NCBI GenBank assembly: GCA_944372425.1
Contig: CALVZC010000004.1
Location: 6,522-70,521, forward strand
Direction of reading: 5' to 3'
Origin: an uncultured Bacilli bacterium
Lineage (GTDB): Bacteria > Bacillota_I > Bacilli_A > RF39 > UBA660
DNA length: 64,000 nt
Both the position numbers and the translations under genes were made by a program. Below, one piece after another: positions 36,456 to 46,418 of the stretch. Each line of letters opens with the position of its first letter. Positions within the stretch are counted from its first letter, which is position 1. Below the pieces are notes generated by a model. It was given only the letters and a program-made list of their open reading frames with translations, made no database searches and had not been told where the DNA came from.

Positions 36456-38440
36456 ATGAAAAAAAGGCTTTTTCTTTAATTAAATCTAAATTATCATTTT
36501 TAAATGCCATTTCATTATCTTTTTCTAATTTAAAAAGAAAGAAGTTAAAACTTCTAATTACAACACTGTTAATTGCAGCATCATTATCTATGTTTGGCTT
36601 TTTTTGGTTATTAACGAAATTTGATATAGATAGAACGCATGCTGAAACATTAATAAAAGAAAATGAAACAAGGATAGAAATTAATAAAAAGATTGCTGAG
36701 AAAAATTTTACTACATCATCTTCAGTAATTACGTTTACTGATGAGGAAGTTATAGAAGTTGATGAATTTCTAAAAAAAGATACTATAAAAGTACGAAAAG
36801 CAGTAGAAAATAATTACTACTTAACAATTCCTTTTGCATCAAATTTACCTATGACAGATAATAAAAGCTATGCTTATTATGAACTGTATCCATCATATAC
36901 TTTATTTTTAGAGTATAGTCAAGATAGATTAAATGATTTAAATTTAATAGGAAGAATTCCAACAAATAGTAATGAGATTATTATAAATAAAGTATTAGCA
37001 GATTATTTTATTCATAACGGATTATCAGTATTAGAAACAGATAAAAATGGTAAAATACAGCAAGTAGACTATATACCAACCACATATGAAGAAATAATAA
37101 ATAGTAATAAAAAAATAGCTTTTGGATCAAGTTATCTTATTGTTTCTGGAATAATAGATGAAGATATGACAAAGTATGATGAATTAAAAAATACTTTATC
37201 TGATGAAATGCAAGTAAACCCAACAAAACTTTATGAAGAATTTAAAACTAAATATTATTCAAAGTTATCAGAAATTATTGTCCCTATCAATTTTTTTGAA
37301 ACAATTAATTTAAAACCTAATAACGAGATATCTGTTGAACTTTATAAACTTGCTTATACATTTGAAAATCAAAAAATATATCCAATGGGTAATTCTGTTA
37401 TATTAGATAAAAAAATAAAAATATATGATGGAAAAGAAGAAAGAAATATCGAAAGTTTAGCATCTAACGAAGTTATAATAAGTTCTCAATTATTAGATGA
37501 TTTATACGATAATGAGTATTCAAATAGATTAATGGAATATATAAAAGAAGAAGTAGAAAATTATAATAATAAAGTATTAGAAAGACAAGAAGAAATTGAA
37601 AGATTAGAAAAAGAACAAGAAAATAATCCTGAATTTGTCTTTGAATATCCCAAAGAAATTGAAGAACCTGATGTTAATAAATTAATGAAAGCGTTTACTA
37701 AGAATTATCTTAATGAAAAAAATATAATTGGAAAAAGTTTTTTATTAGAGATAAACGATTTATATTTAAGAGTACAAGATGAGAAAACACAAAATTTTAA
37801 AGACTTTGTTATTGTAGGTTTTATATATGAGGATGTTAACAATTATTTTTCAGATGAATCTATTTTAAAAAATTATATGAGGGGAAAATCTGAAACAACA
37901 TCAGTTTATTTTTATGAAAATGATTTACAAGAATTAGAATCAATTTTTAAACAGTTCTCTAATATAGAAGAAAAATATGTCCTTAAAACATTATATTCCG
38001 ATACAATTAAAAATGTAGAATTAGTAGTAAAAAATGTTTCTATTATAGCTTTATATTTTTCTATATTTTCACTATTGTTTTCAATAATATTATTTATATT
38101 TTTTACTCTGACTAGTGTTAATAATAATAAAAGAAGCATTGGTATTTTAAGAGCATTAGGAGCTAAAATCAGTGATATATATAAAATTTTCTATTTAGAA
38201 AGCTTTTTGATGGGATTGTTTGCATTTGTAATATCATCATTTGTAAGTTACTTTTCTGTAATAATTGGAAATAATCTAATATCATCTAATCTATTTATAA
38301 ATGTTGAGCCAATTATATTTAGAACTGATGTTATTTTGTTACTATTTATTATGGTAATAGTTCTAACAATATTATCTTTTACTGTTCCAATTCTTAGAAT
38401 TTCAAAAACTAAGCCAATTGATGTTATTAATAATAAATAA
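36456..38440 (+). pseudogene. ABC transporter permease (FtsX-like), start region frameshifted at an A7 tract
   Basis: The C-terminal FtsX fold has 4 TM helices (ILRALGAKISDIYKIF...). The open frame extends back to 36440 (...KAFSLIKSKLSFLNAISLSFSNLKRKKLKLLITTLL, the typical permease N-terminus), but the only ATG (36456) is out of frame by one. An extra A in 36459-36465 gives MKKKAFSLIKSKL.... The frame is also contiguous with the ATPase frame across a single TAA. Confidence 0.75.
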
Positions 38441-38591
38441 AGTTTTAACAAGATTACTATTTTTAGTAATCTTTTAATATAGTTTATATTATGTTGGTAA
38501 ATTTAATATAAAATAATTAATTGATTTATTATGTTAAAATGTATATTTTATAAAATTTAAGTAAAAAAAGCTCTAAAAAAGTAGTTTTAGG

Positions 38592-38620
38592 TTGAAAATA
38601 ATCATATATTGTGCTATAAT
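38592..38620 (+). promoter_or_regulatory. sigma-A-type promoter upstream of rpsU
   Basis: TTGAAA, a 17-nt spacer, then TATAAT with an extended -10 TGTGC, about 35 nt upstream of the rpsU RBS GGAGG. Confidence 0.55.
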
Positions 38621-38656
38621 CGTGTTTAGTAAACGACGGAAGGAGGGGAGAAATCA

Positions 38657-38857
38657 ATGGCACAAGTACAAGTACCTGTTAAAAATGGAAATTTAGATAT
38701 GGCTTTAAGAAGACTTAAACAAAAATTAGCAAGAGAATCTGTCCCTTCTGAATGTAAAAAAAGAGAATTTGCAGTAAAACCTGGAGATAAGAGAAGAGAA
38801 GCAAAAAAAGCAGGAATAAAAAATGCTCAAAAAAGAAATAGAGCAAATAAAGACTAG
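38657..38857 (+). CDS. rpsU: 30S ribosomal protein S21
   Basis: 66 aa and basic. NGNLDMALRRLKQKLARES...KKREFAVKPGDKRRE fits the S21 pattern (..E.AL.RFKR......KREF.EKPS.KRK). Confidence 0.9.
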   Translation: MAQVQVPVKNGNLDMALRRLKQKLARESVPSECKKREFAVKPGDKRREAKKAGIKNAQKRNRANKD

Positions 38858-38902
38858 TCTTAGTCTTTTTTCTTTGCTATAATAATTATAGGAGATGAAT
38901 TT

Positions 38903-39352
38903 ATGAATTTAATTGATAAGTTAGGTAAAGATATTGTAAATGCAATGAAAGAAAAAGAACAGTTGCGTTTGAGCGTTTTACGAATGGTTAAAGGAGCTAT
39001 TCAATTAGAAAATATTAATAATAAAAAAGAGTTGAATGATGAGCTTTTTATTGATGTTGTATCTAAGCAAATAAAACAAAGAAATGAATCTTTAGAAGAA
39101 TTTAAAAAAGCAGAAAGGACTGATTTAGTAAATAAAACATCTGCTGAGATTGAAATATTAAAAGAATATTTACCAGAACAGTTATCAAATGAAGAAATAG
39201 AAGAAATATTGAATTCAGCTTTTAATAAGATAAAACCTACAAGTAGTAAAGATATGGGACTTATAATGAAAGAAGTAACGCCATTATTAAAAGGCAAAGC
39301 TGATATGAAAGAAATAAGCAATCTTATAAAAGAAAAATTGAGTAATTTGTAA
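38903..39352 (+). CDS. yqeY: GatB/YqeY domain protein
   Basis: L..DI..AMK.KE..RLSVLRM.K.AI...E...K.EL.D....V..KQIKQR.ES...F..A.R.DL is the family pattern. Position after rpsU matches Bacillus. Confidence 0.85.
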   Translation: MNLIDKLGKDIVNAMKEKEQLRLSVLRMVKGAIQLENINNKKELNDELFIDVVSKQIKQRNESLEEFKKAERTDLVNKTSAEIEILKEYLPEQLSNEEIEEILNSAFNKIKPTSSKDMGLIMKEVTPLLKGKADMKEISNLIKEKLSNL

Positions 39353-39595
39353 ATAAAAAGTATGTAATAATTTTGTATAAAGTAAAAATCCTTTCGGTGG
39401 GAACATAAAAGTATAACCATGAAAGGATTTTTGAATGAAAGAAAATAAGATAATAAAGTTATTAAATGTTAATTAGAAAATAATTTACTTAATATTTTAT
39501 ATATGTATTTAGGCATTATTATAGCAATAAAAAGAGACTGATACAATCAATCCCCAATATCTTTATTATATCATGTGCTATTTTACAAAAAGTTT

Positions 39596-41818
39596 TTACT
39601 TTCGCTTACTCTTAAGAGGAGATTTAACTAATTGCGCTGGTCTTTCATTATTACTTGTAACTTGTGCTGATTTTTCATAATTGCCTGTAATTGATGCATC
39701 GATGAATTGAATAAATTGATTATTATATAGTAACAATGCTTTTTTTGTTGTATCTATAATTTCTTGCTGATCAATTCCTAAAAATTCGGTAATTGCTTCG
39801 TTTGAAAAATATTTGTTATTTATGTATCCTAATTTTAAAGCAACTATTACAGTCTCTTTTATAGTTAGTGTGTGCATAAGTTGAGTAAATAGTGGAGTTT
39901 TTAATGCTTCTAATATTTCAATAAAGTATTCATCTTCTATAGTTGTTTGGACTTTAACTCGACTTTGATTAATAGTTGATGAAACATTTGCTGGACAACT
40001 TCCATTTAAATCTACTTCCACACAATTTTTTTTCTTTTCAACAGGAACAGATATAGAATTTTGAACTTCTATTTCTTCTACTGAAACGCTTGTTGTACAA
40101 TTTCCATTTAAGGTTGCATCATGTTGATTTTCTGTAGGAGCTGAAATTTGCTGATTATTCTCCTTTATTTCTGCTAATATTTTCTTCATTTTAGGAATTA
40201 GTTTATTGTAAAAATTATGCTGATCTCCTTTATTCATACTAGTATGTGATATATTTCGCAAGTCATTCCCATATCTTAAAGTTATTAAATTCAAATCCTC
40301 TTCTGATAATTGTGTTAACATAATATCTACTTCTTTTTCTGTATAACCATATGTTTCAAAATATTGATAAATAGTTTTTAATTTAGGTGCTATATTTTCA
40401 CTATCCTTCTTTGCGGTACCAGTTATATTATCATATTTTTTTCTTTCATTTTTATATGTAAATGTTGGTGATCTTTTGAACTCTTGAATATGAGCTAGAG
40501 CTTTTTCGGGGTTTTGCATATATGTTGCAAATATATCGATATATTTTGACTTTCTTATTTTATTTAAAGCATTAGATTCAATTTGACGTATTCTTTCTCT
40601 TGTGAAGTTATAAATTTTACCTATTTTTTCAAGGCTTAAAGGTTCTTGATTATCTAGTCCAAATCTTAATGTTAATATTTCTATTTCAAATGGTCTTAAC
40701 TTACAATCAATAAATAATTTTTTTATTTCACTTATTAATAAATTAGTTTCTACTATATTTTCAATATCTATTTTATTATCTGGAATAAAATCTTTCAGCT
40801 CACTATCTTTTTCTTCTCCAACATTTTGATTAAGGCTTATTTTTCCGTATTGTATCAATTTAATTTGCTTAAATTTTAATATTTGTTTAGGTGTTAAGTT
40901 CATGACTTTTGCTATTTCTTTATCAGTTGGTGCACGATTTAATTTCTGTATCAATTGGCTTTGTACTCTTGCTAATTTACTAACTGTTTCTATCGTGTGT
41001 ATACCTACTCTTACAGTTCTAGCTTGCATGCTAATTGCTTTAGTTATAGCTTGTCTAATCCACCAAGTAGCATAAGTAGAAAATCTATATCCTTTAGTTG
41101 GATCAAACTTTTCTACTGCTTTCATTAAACCGATATTTCCTTCTTGAATTAAGTCCAAAAAATCTATTCCTCTATTTAAATATTTTTTTGATATATTTAT
41201 AACTAATCGCAAATTACTTTTAATAAGCATTTGCTTTGCTTCGTTATCACCTTGTAAAACTTTTTTTGCCAATTCTTTTTCTTCAACTGTTGATAATAGT
41301 GGAAATTTTCTTATTTCTTGCAAATATTGATTTACTATATCAGATGATACCATTTCATCGCTGTCATAGCTATTGTCAATGTCAGTTAGTTGTTTTTTTG
41401 TTTCAATATTATTTAATATACAATATGTTTCTATAATTGGAATAATATTATTATTGTAATCCTTTTCTAATTGTTCTAAATCTACTGGTTTATTTAATTG
41501 ATTAATAAATGATTCTAATATTGTTGAAAGCTTTTCATTTTGTTCGATTAATTCAATTAAAACATCTGGTCCTAGAAAACAATCATAAATTTTGAAAAAT
41601 TTGCTTAATTTTTTTAAAAAAGACTTTGCCTTTTGAGCTTGAAAATCATTTTTAACTCTTTCATCAATAAAATGATTTATAATCTCAAGAGTAAATTTAT
41701 TATTTGAAATTTTCTTTCTACCATATTGAATTACAGCTTTATTAATTTTTTCTTTTAAATAATCAAGATAAGGAAGATCCCCATTAAAATCATTTTTTGA
41801 TTTAATAATTTCTTTCAA
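39596..41818 (-). CDS. group-1-like sigma-70 factor with long N-terminal region and ~300-aa C-terminal extension
   Basis: Region 1.2 ([26 protein letters not shown]), region 2 ([40 protein letters not shown]), region 3, and region 4.2 ([30 protein letters not shown]) are close to the SigA/RpoD consensus. The track ORF starts at a TTG. A better RBS and ATG lie at 41953 but are separated by an in-frame TGA (see findings). Confidence 0.88.
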   Translation of the reverse strand: MKEIIKSKNDFNGDLPYLDYLKEKINKAVIQYGRKKISNNKFTLEIINHFIDERVKNDFQAQKAKSFLKKLSKFFKIYDCFLGPDVLIELIEQNEKLSTILESFINQLNKPVDLEQLEKDYNNNIIPIIETYCILNNIETKKQLTDIDNSYDSDEMVSSDIVNQYLQEIRKFPLLSTVEEKELAKKVLQGDNEAKQMLIKSNLRLVINISKKYLNRGIDFLDLIQEGNIGLMKAVEKFDPTKGYRFSTYATWWIRQAITKAISMQARTVRVGIHTIETVSKLARVQSQLIQKLNRAPTDKEIAKVMNLTPKQILKFKQIKLIQYGKISLNQNVGEEKDSELKDFIPDNKIDIENIVETNLLISEIKKLFIDCKLRPFEIEILTLRFGLDNQEPLSLEKIGKIYNFTRERIRQIESNALNKIRKSKYIDIFATYMQNPEKALAHIQEFKRSPTFTYKNERKKYDNITGTAKKDSENIAPKLKTIYQYFETYGYTEKEVDIMLTQLSEEDLNLITLRYGNDLRNISHTSMNKGDQHNFYNKLIPKMKKILAEIKENNQQISAPTENQHDATLNGNCTTSVSVEEIEVQNSISVPVEKKKNCVEVDLNGSCPANVSSTINQSRVKVQTTIEDEYFIEILEALKTPLFTQLMHTLTIKETVIVALKLGYINNKYFSNEAITEFLGIDQQEIIDTTKKALLLYNNQFIQFIDASITGNYEKSAQVTSNNERPAQLVKSPLKSKRK

Positions 41819-42137
41819 TAAAAGTTGACTAAATTCGTCTTTTGAAATTCCTAAATAATTAAAATCACTAATAAAATGTTCAAAACTAGGAATTATTATT
41901 TGAAATATCTGTTGTGTTTCTAAATATCATATATTATTTTTGCTTAATTCCATATTTTTGCCTCCTTAAATTATTCAAAAAAAACAATATGAATTTTTTG
42001 TGTTTTATTCGATACAAAGTTAAATTTTATGCACATTATATTACTACTTTAATTATAATTTATCAAGAAAAAATAATTGTTATTTAATAAAAGTTCTTTT
42101 TTTTATTTAATAAAATATTTTTTAATAGGTGATAAAT

Positions 42138-42374
42138 ATGCTAAAAAATATTGTTCAGTATGTAAAAAATGATGATTTTTATATAAATATTTGGAAAAAC
42201 AAAATAAATATAGTAAATTTCAAAGAAATAGTAGTATTAGAAGAAAATAAAATAGTTATATTATCGCCATATAATAAAGTAATTATAAAAGGCTCTAATT
42301 TATCTATTAATAAACTTTTAGATAGTGAAATATTAATTACAGGTATATTTACATTAATAGAATTTGGAGAGTAA
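42138..42374 (+). CDS. yqfC: YabP/YqfC-family sporulation protein
   Basis: Small beta-rich protein (...KINIVNFKEIVVLEENKIVILSPYNKVIIKGSNLSINKL...) immediately upstream of a yqfD-like gene. An AGGTGA RBS precedes the ATG at 42138. Confidence 0.65.
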   Translation: MLKNIVQYVKNDDFYINIWKNKINIVNFKEIVVLEENKIVILSPYNKVIIKGSNLSINKLLDSEILITGIFTLIEFGE

Positions 42375-42375
42375 T

Positions 42376-43527
42376 ATGCTAGAGAATTATTATAAGTTAG
42401 AAATATCTGGAAAAGATGTTAAAAGATTTATTAGATCTTTATATAAAATGAATATATATTTTGAATACATTTATTTTACTAATGGTATTTGCTATGTAAA
42501 AGTTAATTTAGATAATTATAAGAAGATTAAAAACGTTAAAACTTGCTATAATATTAAAGTTATAAATGTTTATGGATTAAAAAAAATAGAAATGTTATTA
42601 AAAGATAATTTTATTTTTTTAATGTTTAGTTTTATTGGTATTATTTTAATTTATTTTTTATCTAATGTTATTTTTAGTGTTAATATTGTTCATAGCGATA
42701 TAAAATTAAGAAAATTAATTATTTCTGAATTAGAAAAATATGATATAAAAAAATATAGTTTTGTTAAAGACTATGATTATCTTCAAAATGTAAAAAAGAA
42801 AATTCTTGAAGATAACAAAACTAGTATTGAATGGTTAGAAATTGAAAGAATTGGAACAAGTTATGAAATAAAAGTTGAAAAACGAATAATAAATGATAAA
42901 GAAGAAGAACCAAATTTACGACATGTAGTAGCAAAAAAATCTGGAATAATAATGAAAATAGTTGCAGAAAATGGAGAAATAATTAAGAAAAAGAATGATT
43001 ATGTAAAAGCTGGCGATATTATAATTAGTGGAGAAATACATAAAAATGATGAAGTAGTTGATAATATTCCAGCTAGTGGAAGTGTATATGCTGAAGTTTG
43101 GTATAAAGTTAAAGTTGAAATGCCAATTAGTTATAAAGAAGAACTTTTAACTGGTAAAAATAAAAATATATTAAATATAAGTTTTCTAGATTACTCATGG
43201 AATTTGTTTGATTTTTATCCTTACAAAGACAAAAATGTTAAAAATAATCTTTTACTTAGTGATTTTTTTGGAATGTTCAATATAAATTATAATAAAGAAT
43301 CTGAGGTAATTATTAAGGATGAAGTTAATAATATTATTAGTGAAGAATTTGCTTTTAAAATTGCAAGAAAAAAAATAGAAGAAAATTTAAAAGAAGATGA
43401 ATACATAATATCACAAAAAAAATTGAAAACTATTATAAATAATAGTACAATAGTAACAGAGATATTTTTTAAAGTATATGAAAATATTTCTTCATTTAGT
43501 TATTATTCTATTGAAGAAGGACAGTGA
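42376..43527 (+). CDS. yqfD: sporulation protein YqfD-like
   Basis: About 384 aa with a single central TM helix. Size and synteny (yqfC-yqfD-...-ybeY-dgkA-cdd-era) match Bacillus and Clostridia. Confidence 0.7.
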   Translation: MLENYYKLEISGKDVKRFIRSLYKMNIYFEYIYFTNGICYVKVNLDNYKKIKNVKTCYNIKVINVYGLKKIEMLLKDNFIFLMFSFIGIILIYFLSNVIFSVNIVHSDIKLRKLIISELEKYDIKKYSFVKDYDYLQNVKKKILEDNKTSIEWLEIERIGTSYEIKVEKRIINDKEEEPNLRHVVAKKSGIIMKIVAENGEIIKKKNDYVKAGDIIISGEIHKNDEVVDNIPASGSVYAEVWYKVKVEMPISYKEELLTGKNKNILNISFLDYSWNLFDFYPYKDKNVKNNLLLSDFFGMFNINYNKESEVIIKDEVNNIISEEFAFKIARKKIEENLKEDEYIISQKKLKTIINNSTIVTEIFFKVYENISSFSYYSIEEGQ

Positions 43528-43531
43528 TTAT

Positions 43532-44146
43532 ATGTTAAATTCCTTATATGGTAATTTAAAAGGTGTCTTAGAAATGACGTGGCCAACTCTTTTTATATCT
43601 TTAATTTTATTGATTTCTGTAAGATTATCATATATATGGAAACATAAATGCAAATTTGTTTTACATAAAGAAATATTACTCTTATTTTTTGCACTTTATA
43701 TTCTTTGTTTGTTCCAAGTAGTTACTGCCCAAGATATAAATATTTCAAATGGAAATAATTTTATACCTTTTGCCGAAATATTAAGATATAAACCATTAGG
43801 CAGATTATTTGTAAAAAATATTATTGGAAATGTTATAATGTTTTTACCTTATGGATTTTTTGTAGGTAAATATGCTTCTGGTAAAAATTTTATTTTGACT
43901 ATTCTTTTAATATTTTTAGCTTCTTTTTCAATAGAATTTACTCAACTTGCAATAGGAAGAATATTTGATGTCGATGATATAATTTTAAATGTTTTAGGTG
44001 GAATATTAGGATATATTATATATTTATTTTTTGAAAGAATATATAATATACTTCCTAAAATATTTAAAACAGATATATTTTTAAATATTTTATCAATTAT
44101 ATTTTTTGGACTAGTAGTTAGTGGAATAGTCTTTATGATTATTTGA
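43532..44146 (+). CDS. VanZ-family membrane protein
   Basis: NFIPFAEIL...NIIGNVIMFLPYGFFVG...FSIEFTQL...GRIFDVDDIILNVLGG is the VanZ-like pattern. Confidence 0.7.
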   Translation: MLNSLYGNLKGVLEMTWPTLFISLILLISVRLSYIWKHKCKFVLHKEILLLFFALYILCLFQVVTAQDINISNGNNFIPFAEILRYKPLGRLFVKNIIGNVIMFLPYGFFVGKYASGKNFILTILLIFLASFSIEFTQLAIGRIFDVDDIILNVLGGILGYIIYLFFERIYNILPKIFKTDIFLNILSIIFFGLVVSGIVFMII

Positions 44147-44156
44147 TGGAGGAAGT

Positions 44157-44603
44157 ATGGAAATAGAAGTATTCAATGAAACTGAAGAAGATTTAAGTAA
44201 GGATATAATGGAATTAAAAGATTTTTTATACAAAGTAGCTAAAGATGAAAAACTTGATAATATTATTTATAATGTCATAATTATCGATAATGATAGAATA
44301 CAAAAAATTAATAAAGAATATCGTGGAAAAGATATGCCAACTGATGTTATAACGTTTGCGCTAGAAGATGATAAAACTTTTAACAGGACAGATATAAGAG
44401 TTTTAGGCGATATTTATATTTCTATCGATAAAGTAAGAAGTCAAGCTTTAGAATATGGGCATTCGTTTAAACGAGAATTATATTTTCTTTCTATTCATGG
44501 CTTTCTTCATTTGTTAGGATATGATCATATGAAAGAAGAAGAAGAAAAAGTAATGTTCAAAAAGCAAGAGGAGGTATTATTGCGTTATGGCATTGAAAGG
44601 TAA
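44157..44603 (+). CDS. ybeY: rRNA maturation endoribonuclease YbeY
   Basis: PTDVITFA, the metal motif HGFLHLLGYDH, and 148 aa. Confidence 0.95.
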   Translation: MEIEVFNETEEDLSKDIMELKDFLYKVAKDEKLDNIIYNVIIIDNDRIQKINKEYRGKDMPTDVITFALEDDKTFNRTDIRVLGDIYISIDKVRSQALEYGHSFKRELYFLSIHGFLHLLGYDHMKEEEEKVMFKKQEEVLLRYGIER

Positions 44604-44973
44604 AAATAAGAAAAAATGTAAAAGTTTAACAGAAAGTTTTAAGTTTGCTTTTGAAGGTTTATTTTTTGCTTTGAGAAATGTAAGGAATTTTAAAATCCAT
44701 CTATTTTTTACATTTCTTGTTATTGTCGGTGGCTTTTATTTTAGAATAAGTGTTTTTGAATGGTTAATTTGTTTAGTTTTCATAGCACTTGTTATATCAC
44801 TAGAACTGATTAATACTGCAATTGAAGAAACCGTTAATCTTGCTATGCCTAATATTCATCCAGTTGCAAAAATTGCTAAAGATGTAGCAGCTTCAGGTGT
44901 TTTAATATCTGCAATTATATCAGTTATAGTAGGTTTTATAATATTTTTACCAAAAATTATAGATATGTTTTAG
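44587..44973 (+). CDS. dgkA: diacylglycerol/undecaprenol kinase
   Basis: 128 aa with three TM helices and SLELINTAIEETVNL (E..NTAIE motif). Position after ybeY fits synteny. Confidence 0.85.
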   Translation: MALKGKNKKKCKSLTESFKFAFEGLFFALRNVRNFKIHLFFTFLVIVGGFYFRISVFEWLICLVFIALVISLELINTAIEETVNLAMPNIHPVAKIAKDVAASGVLISAIISVIVGFIIFLPKIIDMF

Positions 44974-44976
44974 GAG

Positions 44977-45369
44977 ATGTATATGAAAGAGAAGTTAATT
45001 AAGTTATTAGATAATAGTTATGCACCATATTCAAAATTTCGTGTTAGTGCAATAGTCGTTATGAAAGATAACAATGAATTTAATGGTGTTAATGTTGAAA
45101 ATGCTGCTTATGGATCATCAATTTGTGCAGAACGTAGTGCTATTTTAGCAGCAATAAGTAATGGCTATAAAAAAGAAGATTTTAAAGCTTTATATGTAAT
45201 GTGTGATAACGATAAGATAGGAATGCCATGTTTTGCTTGTAGACAAGTTATTTATGAATTATTAGGAGAAGATGTTTTAGTAACTTGTTTAAATCCTAAA
45301 GGGGAAAGTCTTGTATTAAAAGTTAAAGATTTATGCCCATTTCCATTTGGAAGCGAGGATTTATTATGA
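44977..45369 (+). CDS. cdd: cytidine deaminase
   Basis: Zinc motifs CAERSAI and PCFACRQ. 130 aa. Confidence 0.9.
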   Translation: MYMKEKLIKLLDNSYAPYSKFRVSAIVVMKDNNEFNGVNVENAAYGSSICAERSAILAAISNGYKKEDFKALYVMCDNDKIGMPCFACRQVIYELLGEDVLVTCLNPKGESLVLKVKDLCPFPFGSEDLL

Positions 45370-46250
45370 AAAGTGGATTTGTAAGTATTGTTGGAAGACC
45401 AAATGTTGGAAAAAGTAGTCTTTTAAATTCTATTTTAGAAAGAAAAATAGCAATTACTTCTAATGTAAGTGGAACAACAAGAAATATTATTCAAGGTATT
45501 TATAATGATGATGATTGCCAAATAATTTTTATTGATACTCCAGGTATTCATAAACCAGTAAACAAACTAGGAACAATGATGAATAAAAAAGCATATACAA
45601 TGATTGATGACGTTGATATTGTCTTATTTTTAATTGATGTTACTAAAGATTTTGGAAAAGGTGATAATTTTATATTAGAAAAATTAAAGTTATTAAATAA
45701 ACCAGTTTTACTAGTTTTAAATAAGGTAGACTTAATTGATAAAAGAAAAATTTTAGAGTTAATTAATAGATATAAAGATTTATATGATTTTAAAGAAATA
45801 ATTCCAATTTCTGCTACTAAATATGATAATATTGATGATCTTATTAAGACAATTAAAAAGTATTTACCACATAATGAAAAGTATTATAATGATGATGAGA
45901 TCACTAATATAAGTAAAAATTTTTTAATAGCCGAAATAGTAAGAGAAAAATTGCTAAATCTTACTACAAAAGAAGTCCCACATACTATTACATGTGTAGT
46001 TGAATCTTTTGAAGATATGGATAATTATATAGATATTGGTGTATTAATAATTGTTGATCGTGATAATTTAAAAAAAATAATTATTGGAAAAAATGGAAGT
46101 ATGCTAAAAAAAGTAGGTATTTTAGCAAGGGTTGATATTGAAGAATTGTTAGGGAAAAAAGTAAATTTAAAAACATATGTTAAAACAATAGAAGATTGGC
46201 GTGAAAAAGAAAAATATTTAAATGAATTAGGTTTTAATGAATTAAATTAA
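45366..46250 (+). CDS. era: GTPase Era
   Basis: The start ATG overlaps the cdd TGA (ATGA). MKSGFVSIVGRPNVGKSSLLN (G1), DTPG (G3), NKVD (G4) and a C-terminal KH domain. The track start at 45333 is considered too long. Confidence 0.95.
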   Translation: MKSGFVSIVGRPNVGKSSLLNSILERKIAITSNVSGTTRNIIQGIYNDDDCQIIFIDTPGIHKPVNKLGTMMNKKAYTMIDDVDIVLFLIDVTKDFGKGDNFILEKLKLLNKPVLLVLNKVDLIDKRKILELINRYKDLYDFKEIIPISATKYDNIDDLIKTIKKYLPHNEKYYNDDEITNISKNFLIAEIVREKLLNLTTKEVPHTITCVVESFEDMDNYIDIGVLIIVDRDNLKKIIIGKNGSMLKKVGILARVDIEELLGKKVNLKTYVKTIEDWREKEKYLNELGFNELN

Positions 46251-46283
46251 TAAAAAAAAGCCATTATATTAATGGTGATTATA

Positions 46284-46418
46284 ATGGAAGAAATACTTTG
46301 GGAAATGTTTAAAAAAACTGGTGATATTAAATATTATTTATTTATAAAAAGACTAGGAAGTGTAAATGATGAAGTTAGTAAAAATAAAAGGAGTTGTAGT
46401 AGGGGAACAAGTATATAG
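46284..46418 (+). CDS. YqzL-like small protein
   Basis: This ORF is not in the track. A GGTGA RBS precedes MEEILWEMFKKTGDIKYYLFIKRL..., which matches the YqzL pattern (W..F..TG.I..YL..K) and its conserved position between era and recO. The 3' end overlaps recO, so its extent is uncertain. Confidence 0.45.
   Translation: MEEILWEMFKKTGDIKYYLFIKRLGSVNDEVSKNKRSCSRGTSI

Noticed and set aside
39001-39420. Minus-strand ORF of 139 aa overlapping yqeY, and similar antisense track ORFs (for example 25476..25697, 50011..50319, 51661..51993, 54435..54668)
   Set aside because: All lie antisense to well-supported conserved genes. They have low-complexity products and lack RBSs, so they are artefacts of the AT-rich composition.
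39490-39535. A ~40-nt similarity (ATATTTTATA...TTTAGGCATTAT[T/C]ATAG[C/T]AATAA) shared with 61381-61424, considered as att-like direct repeats or a regulatory motif
   Set aside because: The 22 kb between the copies is core housekeeping DNA (era, recO, murE, lepA, tmk), so this is not an island boundary. The match is short and AT-rich, and both copies lie in terminator-proximal spacers. It is worth a genome-wide motif count but is unsupported as a feature.
41927-41929. Alternative genetic code (TGA read as Trp or Gly), suggested by the in-frame TGA in the sigma gene leader
   Set aside because: TGA clearly acts as a stop elsewhere. It forms ATGA overlaps at the response regulator/kinase junction (16254-16257) and at cdd/era (45366-45369). 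It also terminates yqfD (43527), the vanZ-like gene (44146) and the 56668 pseudopilin (57777), each followed by an RBS or a new gene.
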